DNA from: Candidatus Omnitrophota bacterium
GTDB lineage: Bacteria > Omnitrophota > Gorgyraeia > JAHJTE01
Length of the DNA stretch: 64,000 bases
NCBI GenBank assembly: GCA_018830005.1
Contig: JAHJTE010000003.1
Span: forward strand, 71,674 to 135,673
Direction: 5' to 3'
Shown here: piece after piece, positions 49,842 through 58,355 of the stretch
How positions within the stretch are numbered: the stretch's first letter is position 1
Layout: every line of letters starts with the position of its first letter
Notes under the pieces: model-generated
The model's input: only the letters and a program-made list of their open reading frames with translations
Database searches by the model: none
What the model was told of the DNA's origin: nothing
Translations under genes and position numbers: made by a program

Positions 49842-51409
49842 TTTTTATCTTCTAGATTTAAGTATTCGGGAGTATACTCAAACAATCTCTTGACCTTCTT
49901 GGTGATAAATATGGAAGGTCTTACAAATGCCAGATAGGTTTTTGCGCCATTTTTTATTAAGGCATTGTTGCTTTTTGCTTTTTTAAGAAAAGAGAGATAT
50001 TCTTCTTCCAGATGGATCTTAGTAAATTCTGCGGCAAGTTGCATGGCCCGCCCAGCATGACGCATAATCTGAATATTCTCAACCCCTGATATATCATCAA
50101 AAAACCAGCCGCAACTAGTCTGCATTAACATCTGATGGCGCTGCATCTCTAAGAGTTTTATAATGTTAGATTTATCGATTGCGGTTAAATTCTTTTTCAC
50201 CCGCGTTGCTAAAAAATGTTCAATATTTCTAATAGTCCTGTTCAAAATAACTTCAATATAATTATTGCGTAAATCCCAGGGGTCTGCCGTAAAAGTAGAC
50301 ATCTCCTTTTCATAGATCTGGGCTAATTTTACGGTCAACCAACTGGTTGCCTCTCGCAAAGGTTCTCTCCAGGTCTGTTTCCAAGTCGGGTTCATTCCTG
50401 AACTGCAACCGCAATTCCCTCTCCAGCGCTCAATGCCATGAGAACAACTCCATGAGGTATTCTCTAGAATTAAGACCTCATGGCTAGGAGAAAATTTATC
50501 CAAATATTCACCATAAATCGTAATCTTAACGGCCGGGTCTTGCTCTAATTTCTTTAGACAATAGGCTAATGCCATATTGCCAAAACTATGGTGATGCCCA
50601 TAATTTTCTCCATCTGTAGCAATATGAACTAAGTGCGGACGACCCTCTTCCTTTCTAAAACCGGACAACAGGCGTTTAGTAAGATTCTCACCGTTTTTTA
50701 AAAGATTGCCGAATGATATTTCATTAGAGATGTCATGGTTATAGAAGAATATTACCAGTGATTTTTTTGAAGGCAGACGGCAAAGGTAAGGCATTTTTAA
50801 ATCAATCTTATCTTTATCTGTGCTCTGCCATTCTTTTTCTCCTATCTTCCTTACTGCCTTAGCCTGGTGAGGGGCAAGAATGGTAAACTTAATACCGCCT
50901 TGAGCTAATAATTCCAAGGTATCTAGGTCAACTGCTGTTTCAGGCAGCCACATTCCCTCTGGCTTCCTCTTGAAGCGGTATTCAAAATCACTTATGCCCC
51001 AGGCCACCTGAGTCTTTTTATCCTGCGAATTTGCCAAGGGCATAATTAAATGATTGTAACATTGAGCTAACGCCGAGCCGTGGCCTGAAAAATACTTCTT
51101 ACTCTCTTTGTCTGACTTAATTATTTCCTTATAGGTCTTTGGCTCGTTTTTCTCTAGCCAAGATAGGAGTGTAGACCCGAAATTAAAACTAATCCGGGTG
51201 TAATTGTTAAGCCGCTCGATAACCCTTTTTTTGGAATCGAGTATTGGAGAGGAGATATTTACAGAGTAACATTCTTTGCTAATCTTCTCATTCCAATCAT
51301 GGAACGGATATGCGCTATCTTGAACTTCAACCTCTTCCAACCAAGGGTTCTCCCGAGTCGGTTGATAAAAATGCCCGTGAATACATATATATTTTCTATG
51401 TTGACTCAT
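49838..51409 (-). CDS. GH57/DUF3536-type glycoside hydrolase (short form)
   Basis: HGHFYQP.RENPW, WLPETAVD, ATDGENYGHH, SWSCSHG, TSCGWFFD; start moved to MSQHRK. Confidence 0.88.
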   Translation of the reverse strand: MSQHRKYICIHGHFYQPTRENPWLEEVEVQDSAYPFHDWNEKISKECYSVNISSPILDSKKRVIERLNNYTRISFNFGSTLLSWLEKNEPKTYKEIIKSDKESKKYFSGHGSALAQCYNHLIMPLANSQDKKTQVAWGISDFEYRFKRKPEGMWLPETAVDLDTLELLAQGGIKFTILAPHQAKAVRKIGEKEWQSTDKDKIDLKMPYLCRLPSKKSLVIFFYNHDISNEISFGNLLKNGENLTKRLLSGFRKEEGRPHLVHIATDGENYGHHHSFGNMALAYCLKKLEQDPAVKITIYGEYLDKFSPSHEVLILENTSWSCSHGIERWRGNCGCSSGMNPTWKQTWREPLREATSWLTVKLAQIYEKEMSTFTADPWDLRNNYIEVILNRTIRNIEHFLATRVKKNLTAIDKSNIIKLLEMQRHQMLMQTSCGWFFDDISGVENIQIMRHAGRAMQLAAEFTKIHLEEEYLSFLKKAKSNNALIKNGAKTYLAFVRPSIFITKKVKRLFEYTPEYLNLEDKK

Positions 51410-51536
51410 CTCTTTGAAATATATTTTTTTGGCAAAAAGGGCCAAAAAATCCCTGCCCTGCCCTATAATTATACCATTATTTTCCCTAAAGTATTCAATT
51501 GATTTTTGCAAAAATAAGTGCTAAATTATACTTAAT

Positions 51537-52196
51537 ATGTACACCCTCCTAGAAAACAATCTCCTTTCCAAACAAGACGCCAGGCGGCTAGAAAAATCCT
51601 TCTTTTCAAAACCCAGCCTTAAAAAAGCCACCAAAATAAAAAGTATCTCTCTAATATCCCTCCTGGTTATAATCTTGGCAACTGTTATAATTGTATTTAT
51701 ACAAAACTATAATATCCTAATCTTGCCCAGCTCTGATAGATTAATTAATGCCACTGACTTGCTTTCGGCAAAGCACCTAGTAGAGCTTGAGCTGATAAAG
51801 GACGCTGGCAATTCTAAAATTAAAAATTTTATATATCTCGATTCGCCTATCCAAAGAGAAATCGGCTTTAATATAAACTTTAAAGAAGAAACCGACCTAA
51901 ATAATGTCAAATTGATCGTGGTGATTAAAAAAACATTGCAAGATTTCAATCTTGATCTAATTTTACGGGATAAAAGTTTTAAGTCTAATGCCAGAAATCC
52001 AATCCATATACAGGTGAAGACACCGGACGCCAAATCAGAATTTATCCAGATACCTATTTCTTTTTACCAAGATACTAATTACAATTTAAACTTTACAAGA
52101 ATAAAACAAATAAGGCTTATTTTTTCTCAAAAAGAAGGAATCAATTCTCCGATTTTGGTAAAAAATATTTTTCTTCAAAAAACAAAGGACGGTTGA
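51537..52196 (+). CDS. Single-TM protein with a beta-rich C-terminal domain (weakly CBM11/CIA30-like)
   Basis: TM at about residues 38-60; LNFTRIKQIRLIF; stop codon 1 nt before the parA ATG. Confidence 0.6.
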   Translation: MYTLLENNLLSKQDARRLEKSFFSKPSLKKATKIKSISLISLLVIILATVIIVFIQNYNILILPSSDRLINATDLLSAKHLVELELIKDAGNSKIKNFIYLDSPIQREIGFNINFKEETDLNNVKLIVVIKKTLQDFNLDLILRDKSFKSNARNPIHIQVKTPDAKSEFIQIPISFYQDTNYNLNFTRIKQIRLIFSQKEGINSPILVKNIFLQKTKDG

Positions 52197-52197
52197 C

Positions 52198-53304
52198 ATG
52201 AAAATACTATCATTTGTAAATCAAAAAGGCGGCTGTGGCAAGACCACATCTGCGGTAAATTTAGCTTGGGCCATCTCTAATAAAGACTACCAAACACTGC
52301 TTATTGATTTAGATCCTCAAGCCCACGCTACATTTTCTCTGGCAGTTGAGCCTAAATTTACTACTGCTGATTTGTTCGAGAATATTACCAATAACAGCAA
52401 AATTGATTACCAAGATTTTGCTGATTTCCTTATCTCTCGTACTAAAAATTTATGGGTATTAGGCTCTAGCATCGGATTAAGTGCTATAGAAACTAGCTTG
52501 ACTAGTCAGGATTATAAATTAGACATTCTAAGGGAGCTGCTAGAATCTATCTCTTCCAATTTTGATTGTTGCGTTATTGATTGCCCTCCCAACCTGGGCA
52601 TCCTGACCTTAAATGCTCTTATCGCCAGTAATTATGCCCTTGCTCCCCTTGGCATATGCGAATTATCATTAAAAGGAGTAGAGAATTTAAATAATATAAT
52701 GACTTTACTGCGCAAACATAATCAAAAAATTCCTGAACTCTTTTATCTGGCAACCCAATTGGATAGGCGCTATAAATTCTCATATAAATTTATTGATAAA
52801 TTAAAAAATGAGCTGGGGGATAAATTACTCTCTACAATGATTCGAACCAATATCCGTTTAAGAGAAGCTGCTGCAGAAGGAAAAAGTATATATGAATTTA
52901 ATAGTGCTAGCCGGGGAGCCCAAGATTATTCCCAACTTGCGGATGAACTTGAAATAATTATGCAGCTGGAAAGAAAAGAGACCGCAACCCCGGAGGTGGT
53001 AATAGAAGAAGAAGCAAGAGAAATCAAAAATCGCATAGACGAAGATTCGGGTATAAAATTGTTTTTTAAAGGTAGGCACCTAAATGAGGTATTTGTGGTA
53101 GGCGAGTTTAACAGCTGGTGCAAAGATAATAATTTTAAATTAAAAAAGGTGGATGAAGAAAACTGGTGCATTACTCTGCCGCTTAAAAAAGGAACTTACC
53201 CTTATAAGTTCATTGCTGATGGGAGATGGATAAGTGATCCTGAAAATCCCCTGCGAGAAAAAGATCCTTTCGGAGGAGAAAACTCTATACTTTTGGTAAA
53301 GTAA
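52198..53304 (+). CDS. ParA/Soj-family ATPase fused to a C-terminal CBM48 glycogen-binding domain
   Basis: NQKGGCGKTT, DLDPQ, IDCPP, IRTNIRLREA; acidic linker; VVGEFNSW...GTYPYKFIADGRWISDP...FGGENS. Confidence 0.92.
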   Translation: MKILSFVNQKGGCGKTTSAVNLAWAISNKDYQTLLIDLDPQAHATFSLAVEPKFTTADLFENITNNSKIDYQDFADFLISRTKNLWVLGSSIGLSAIETSLTSQDYKLDILRELLESISSNFDCCVIDCPPNLGILTLNALIASNYALAPLGICELSLKGVENLNNIMTLLRKHNQKIPELFYLATQLDRRYKFSYKFIDKLKNELGDKLLSTMIRTNIRLREAAAEGKSIYEFNSASRGAQDYSQLADELEIIMQLERKETATPEVVIEEEAREIKNRIDEDSGIKLFFKGRHLNEVFVVGEFNSWCKDNNFKLKKVDEENWCITLPLKKGTYPYKFIADGRWISDPENPLREKDPFGGENSILLVK

Positions 53305-53351
53305 TAGCCAAGTAACCTCCTTAGCCTTCCTAAATCCCCTTCTGTTTATAG

Positions 53352-54563
53352 TTAAAAGTATACTACATCTTCCTGATAGAACAAGGAGAGAAACAATAAC
53401 ATGTAGTCTCTTATATGGCGGGTTATGAGAAAATTATTACGTATATGCTCTCTGCCATTCTGGCCTAATTTCTTTGCATAGGAAGGACTGTTTAGAAGCT
53501 GCTTAATATTGTAAGCAGCCCCTTGAACCGAATGGCAAAGTAGACCTGAATATTTATGCTTTATTTGAAGGGGAATCCCTCCAACATTGGAGGCTACCAC
53601 AGGCTTAGCCTTCCAAAGTGCCTCAGCTACCGTAAGGCCAAATCCTTCCCGTAATGACTTCTGAACAATAACTGTTGATGCGCTCTGCAAAGCATTTATT
53701 TCAATATCATTTTGGGACATCAATAGAATATGTATATCTTTATCCTCTTTAGCCATTTCCTGAACCTCGGAAAAAACTTTAGCACCCTCCGGATCATCAG
53801 TTGCGCTGCCTCCGGCCAAAATCAGCTGACAATCTATATATCGTTTCACCAGCTTATATGCCTGGATAACCCCCAGAGGGTCTTTTAATCGGTCGAAACG
53901 GGATATCTGAGTAATAATAGGTTTATCTTGAATAATATTATATTTATGCAATACAGTTTTAATTGTCTCGGGCGGTAATTTTATATTTTTATCGCTTAAG
54001 GGATCAATGGAAGGAGAAATTAAATACTGCCTAATGGGCAGTGGTCGGGAAAAGGCCGGGGCAGAAAATACGGCAGAATCATATTTAACAATAAAATCCT
54101 TAAGGAAGGACCAGACTTTTTCATCAGGATTAGAAATATCAATATGGCAACGCCAAAGCCATTTATTAGCAGCTTTCTTTCTTATCAAGGCAATAGGTTG
54201 AGGATCATGTATATATACAATGTCTCCGTAGGTATTTACCTCTTCGATATTCTTTAAGCTAGTTTGCATAAATATATCAAAATCCCGCTGACCTATATCT
54301 TCAGGCTTTCCATGCAGGGCATTGTGGAATTTCTTAGTGACGGCAAAGAATTGTTCTCCTCCCTTTATCACATCCCACTTTGTTTGGACCCCTAGTTCGT
54401 TTAGGAGCGGAACCATTCTATTAAGAATCTCAGCTACTCCACCTCCCACTGCTGTAGAGTTAATATGCTGGATAACCTTACCTCTTAACTTTTCGGCAAT
54501 CAGCTTTAAATCGTCTATTACTGATTGATTTACAATAGGGATATAGTCATTTAGCTTTGCCAT
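53352..54563 (-). CDS. treT: Trehalose synthase (GT4, TreT-type)
   Basis: NSTAVGGGVAE, HNALHG, IHDPQP, WRCHID, SRFDRLKDP, REGFGLTVAEALWK. Confidence 0.88.
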   Translation of the reverse strand: MAKLNDYIPIVNQSVIDDLKLIAEKLRGKVIQHINSTAVGGGVAEILNRMVPLLNELGVQTKWDVIKGGEQFFAVTKKFHNALHGKPEDIGQRDFDIFMQTSLKNIEEVNTYGDIVYIHDPQPIALIRKKAANKWLWRCHIDISNPDEKVWSFLKDFIVKYDSAVFSAPAFSRPLPIRQYLISPSIDPLSDKNIKLPPETIKTVLHKYNIIQDKPIITQISRFDRLKDPLGVIQAYKLVKRYIDCQLILAGGSATDDPEGAKVFSEVQEMAKEDKDIHILLMSQNDIEINALQSASTVIVQKSLREGFGLTVAEALWKAKPVVASNVGGIPLQIKHKYSGLLCHSVQGAAYNIKQLLNSPSYAKKLGQNGREHIRNNFLITRHIRDYMLLFLSLFYQEDVVYF

Positions 54564-54568
54564 GGCGC

Positions 54569-55237
54569 TTAACGAATTCTCTTCTTTATTACTCTAATCA
54601 ATGTTTTTCTCAAATCTTCAAGGGTATGAGTATAAGGATCTAGACTAGCTATTTCCTCGGCAAGGCGTTTATCATCAAAGGAAGAGATTATCCAGTTAGA
54701 AAAATCATTTGAGCCCTTTTCCAGCCTTAAACGTGCCTCAAATATATGAAAATATATAGAATCAATGGTAACCTTTTTTAAGATATCCAAGAATTCTTTC
54801 AAATTATTAGCTATATGATGGGTAGGAATGATAAAACTCACTGACTTTATAAAGTGGAATTCTTCATTCTGCCTAGCAAATCTTAACTTGGCTGATGGGT
54901 TACTTTCTAGATAGGCTTGGATGCTAGTAATTAATGCCTCTCTAAGAGCGCGTATGTTATTAAATTGTATGGTGTCAATACTGGCTAGCTGCTCTCCTAA
55001 CTCATCTTCACTCAAGGCCTCGCTAACCCAATAGGCAAAATCATTTGGCGGTTCTGGAGAGAGGTATTGATGTTGCTGTAAAAATCTATGGGTATGGTGG
55101 TATATGCAAGAACCAGGCACCTCCTTGAGTAGATTTAATAGCTGCTCTAGATTAGTCGCCTTAAATCCTGTTAACTCTGATAAGTGTAACCTGGTATAAA
55201 ATCTGAATGGCTCCTTAGCTGCTCTCTGCCTTTTCAT
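54569..55237 (-). CDS. DUF5752-family protein (commonly found with treT)
   Basis: Internal duplication SIYHH..NDFAYWV / SIYFH..NDFSNWI. Confidence 0.8.
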   Translation of the reverse strand: MKRQRAAKEPFRFYTRLHLSELTGFKATNLEQLLNLLKEVPGSCIYHHTHRFLQQHQYLSPEPPNDFAYWVSEALSEDELGEQLASIDTIQFNNIRALREALITSIQAYLESNPSAKLRFARQNEEFHFIKSVSFIIPTHHIANNLKEFLDILKKVTIDSIYFHIFEARLRLEKGSNDFSNWIISSFDDKRLAEEIASLDPYTHTLEDLRKTLIRVIKKRIR

Positions 55238-55540
55238 GGTCTGTATCTTCTCATTCCTTTAGGTAAATAATCTAAGCAATTTAATAAGTATAGTACTTTT
55301 TTTACCTGAGTCAATAGCTTTATTTCCTGACTCTTTATTGCTGGCTCCTGCAAAAACTCACAGGTCAGTAGAGATAAATCCGCAGTTTTCCCTCATTTGC
55401 CGGCCCGGTACAAGCCTCTGGCTAGGGCCGAGACGAGCGGACAGATACGAAGACGAATAAAAAACCCATCTTTAAAAAAGATGGGCAAAAATAGAACTGT
55501 ACCTTTTTAAAAATGGCACCGTCCGTTTTTCTATAAATTT

Positions 55541-55630
55541 TCACAAATCAACATCATGAATAATATCAACTACCACCCGAGTTTTTTCATCTAAAATCAC
55601 AACGTCCCCGCCAACTTTTAACCTTACAAA
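55541..55630 (-). pseudogene. Orphan 3' gene fragment
   Basis: FVRLKVGGDVVILDEKTRVVVDIIHDVDL-stop, protein-like, no start codon, cut at the 55637 hairpin. Confidence 0.5.
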
Positions 55631-55636
55631 ACAAAA

Positions 55637-55668
55637 AATTACCTCTATCAGTAGTGATAGAGGTAATT
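55637..55668 (-). terminator. Perfect 14-bp hairpin, terminator-like
   Basis: aattacctctatca-gtag-tgatagaggtaatt with an adjacent A-run. Confidence 0.7.
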
Positions 55669-55675
55669 ATCAAGA

Positions 55676-55771
55676 CTGGTTCCTTCCTACATAATCTTGG
55701 CACAGCCTAAGATTGTATCAGGACTAGCCCTATGAAATCTGCAAGATTTCATAGGGCAACTGGCTACCTAT
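55676..55771. repeat. Double-hairpin repeat, copy A (diverged)
   Basis: cctacataatctt...aagattgtatcagg-actag-ccctatgaaatct-gca-agatttcataggg. Confidence 0.75.
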
Positions 55772-55838
55772 TATAAAAACTGAATACGTTCTATCTTTTA
55801 TGCTTCTTTCGTGGTATAATACAATAAAAGGAGTAACA

Positions 55839-55997
55839 ATGAAAGAAGTCGCCTCGATTAAAAGAAAGAGAATCTGCAAATTCCTTCACTGTAAGAGTAT
55901 TTTAAGTATTTACAACCAGGAAATCTACTGTTATGTGCACCAGAAGGAAGCTGATAATAAAAAATCTCACCCATTATCCAGCGTCAACGTCCATTAA
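55839..55997 (+). CDS. 52-aa putative Zn-binding protein
   Basis: TGGTATAAT extended -10, AAGGAG RBS, CKFLHC...YCYVH. Confidence 0.65.
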   Translation: MKEVASIKRKRICKFLHCKSILSIYNQEIYCYVHQKEADNKKSHPLSSVNVH

Positions 55998-56088
55998 CAA
56001 TACAAACTCTAAGAACCACGCAGGATTTTTAACTATCAACTCTGCGTAATTTATAGTTTCTATTGGGTTATTCTAGACGCCGTAGCAT

Positions 56089-56256
56089 CTATGTACGGCC
56101 ACTATTTCCGCGCTTCGAAAAACACTCCTTACAGTATACGGGACGGTCTCCGCTAGGTTTAAAAGGGACTTCACATTCTTTTTTACATTCTGAGCATGTC
56201 GCCTTGTGCATCTCTCGCGGACGCCCGCCATACCCACCATTTCGTCCAAATGCCAT
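56089..56256 (-). CDS. 55-aa CxxC-x17-CxxC Zn-ribbon protein (the ORF track shows a different frame)
   Basis: MAFGRNGGYGGRPREMHKATCSECKKECEVPFKPSGDRPVYCKECFSKRGNSGRT; AGGAGG RBS. Confidence 0.9.
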   Translation of the reverse strand: MAFGRNGGYGGRPREMHKATCSECKKECEVPFKPSGDRPVYCKECFSKRGNSGRT

Positions 56257-56365
56257 GTTGCCTCCTTTTTTAGTTCCGTTAAAAGTTTAAAACTCAAGTT
56301 AACTACGTTTTTCTTATTAAGATTGACCATAGGCAGTAAATCATAAAACATCCTTATCCAAATAC

Positions 56366-56866
56366 TTAAATACGTTCTTTTCGTCTTCGAAAGATTGATT
56401 TCTTCTTTTTTTCAGAGCTTCGGTTTTCGCCGCCCCGTTGTCTATCAAAATGGCGACCTTGAACAAAATCACCTTCTCTAGACTTACTGTCGTAATTTTC
56501 TTTAAACGAACTGTCTCCCTTGCGCTTTAAAAAGCATTCCTTGCAATACACCGGACGATCTCCGCTGGGCTTGAACGGGATTTCGCACTCTTTGTTGCAG
56601 TCTGCGCAAATAACCCGAGTATAAGTTTTTTCCCTGGGACCATTGCCCTGTATTCCTCTGTCATGACGATGAGAATGATCGAAGCGCCGGAAAGGCTTTT
56701 GGGAATAGCTTTTCTCAAAAGGCCTTTTTAAAGACTGGCTGATTAAGATATCCAGCTTCTTCTCCATGGCACTCAACTGCTGCTGCACTTTATTAATGAG
56801 GCCAGCTACACCCGATTCATCCTGCGGCGCGACTAATAAACTTTTGCGCTTAAAACGTTTTTTCAC
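56366..56866 (-). CDS. Coiled coil plus CxxC-x17-CxxC Zn-ribbon protein
   Basis: QQQLSAMEKKLDILI; CADCNKECEIPFKPSGDRPVYCKECF; GTG start. Confidence 0.85.
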   Translation of the reverse strand: MKKRFKRKSLLVAPQDESGVAGLINKVQQQLSAMEKKLDILISQSLKRPFEKSYSQKPFRRFDHSHRHDRGIQGNGPREKTYTRVICADCNKECEIPFKPSGDRPVYCKECFLKRKGDSSFKENYDSKSREGDFVQGRHFDRQRGGENRSSEKKKKSIFRRRKERI

Positions 56867-56945
56867 ATTACCCCTTTCTTTTTACCTACTGTAACACAAA
56901 TAAAAACCCCTTGCAACTTATTTCGCTAAAAGGGGCTGAAAGTAA

Positions 56946-57042
56946 TGACTCCCTCCTATAGAATCGAAAGATTGTATAGGACTAATCCTGTGAAAATCTT
57001 TGATTTTCATAGGGCCTATTGGACGATTTTAGAGCTTTTTGC
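56946..57042. repeat. Double-hairpin repeat, copy B, within an att-like scar
   Basis: tgactccc-[tcctatagaatcgaaagattgtatagg actaat cctgtgaaaatctttgattttcataggg]-cctattggacgattttagagc. Confidence 0.85.
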
Positions 57043-57175
57043 TTCAATAAATACAGAAAAGCTATCTAAGAAATTTATCCTTGGTAGCTACAGATAAGCC
57101 GCTTCAAAAATTTTTGCCTTTCGTGTATATATTTCCAGCAACTTATATGTAATATCTATGTCGAATATGATAAGT

Positions 57176-58210
57176 TTACATCTCATCCTTCACCATACCT
57201 GCAAGCTGTCCACATGCGGCTTGTATGTCTTTGCCCTTCGATTCACGCAAGGTCACGTTTACTCCTTTTTCCTTGAGTCTATTCTTAAATATATTAACGT
57301 CGTTTACTGTGGGAAGTTTAAGGTTAAAGTTATAAACAGGACTATAGGGTATCAGGTTTACCTTAGCCCTTAATCTTTTAACTATTGCCGCGAGACCATC
57401 TACATCCTTTGACGAATCATTTTTGTTTTTTATTAATATATATTCAAGCGTAATCATTCGCCCGCCTGACTTTATAAAATCCTCGCAGGTCCTTATGAGT
57501 TCTCCTAACGGATATTTTCTGTTAACCGGCATAAGCTCGTTCCTTAGTTTATTATGTACGGCGTGAAGAGATAGTGACAGGTTAACCTGTAATTTGAGCT
57601 GCTTGAATTTCTTTATTCCCGGAATTATCCCACACGTTGAAACGGTAATTCTCCTAGCAGCTATGTCAAGTGCTTTTGGGCCATTCATTATCTTAATCGC
57701 TTTTGAAACATTTTCGTAATTATCCAAGGGTTCGCCCATACCCATGAATACGAAATTTGTTATCTTATGTTTAAGGCCATATTGCAAATAAAGTATTTGG
57801 GCTAAAATCTCTGAGGTGGTGAGATTACGTATAAAACCTTTTAGCCCGCTTGCGCAGAAACGGCAGCCGTATTTACAGCCAACCTGGGTAGAAAGACAAA
57901 CTGTTCTTCTCTCCTTGCTATATATAAGTACGGTTTCTATAAAATTGCCGTCTGAGAGCCTAAATAGAAATTTCTCGGTCTTATCAACTGAGATAAGATG
58001 GCGCGCAAGCTCAAGGATTCCTATATAATAAAGAGTAGTTAGTTTATCTCTAAGATGCCTTGCTATATTACTCATTCCATTAAAATCGGTTGTACCTCTT
58101 TTGTAAAGCCAGAAGAATATCTGCTCAGCCCTATAATCTGGTTCTGAAATATTTTTCATTTGGACTTTTAGTTCTCCAAGAGTGAAATTTTTTATATCCT
58201 TTTTATCCAT
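57176..58210 (-). CDS. rlmN: 23S rRNA/tRNA m2A methyltransferase RlmN
   Basis: CLSTQVGCKYGCRFC, MGMGEP, DIQAACGQL. Confidence 0.95.
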   Translation of the reverse strand: MDKKDIKNFTLGELKVQMKNISEPDYRAEQIFFWLYKRGTTDFNGMSNIARHLRDKLTTLYYIGILELARHLISVDKTEKFLFRLSDGNFIETVLIYSKERRTVCLSTQVGCKYGCRFCASGLKGFIRNLTTSEILAQILYLQYGLKHKITNFVFMGMGEPLDNYENVSKAIKIMNGPKALDIAARRITVSTCGIIPGIKKFKQLKLQVNLSLSLHAVHNKLRNELMPVNRKYPLGELIRTCEDFIKSGGRMITLEYILIKNKNDSSKDVDGLAAIVKRLRAKVNLIPYSPVYNFNLKLPTVNDVNIFKNRLKEKGVNVTLRESKGKDIQAACGQLAGMVKDEM

Positions 58211-58355
58211 CTCTCAATAATCTATATTCTTCCTTTTGCAATTTTTTGAACACCTTTATGTTAATAATCTTAGCGAAATCCCGACTCTCTTGTCGAGACG
58301 CAACTGGCTATATACCGAAAGTAATGAATGGAAAGAAAGCTACAAGCTCAAAGTA

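Noticed and set aside
52198-53304. Chromosome-partition parA locus
   Set aside because: No parB, no parS palindrome seen and no origin-region genes; it carries an extra CBM48 domain.
56073-56351. 92-aa ORF listed in the track
   Set aside because: Wrong frame; the motif-bearing gene with an RBS is 56089-56256.
57176-58210. Cfr-type resistance methyltransferase next to an efflux pump
   Set aside because: Motifs and length fit housekeeping RlmN; only a phylogeny could overturn this.
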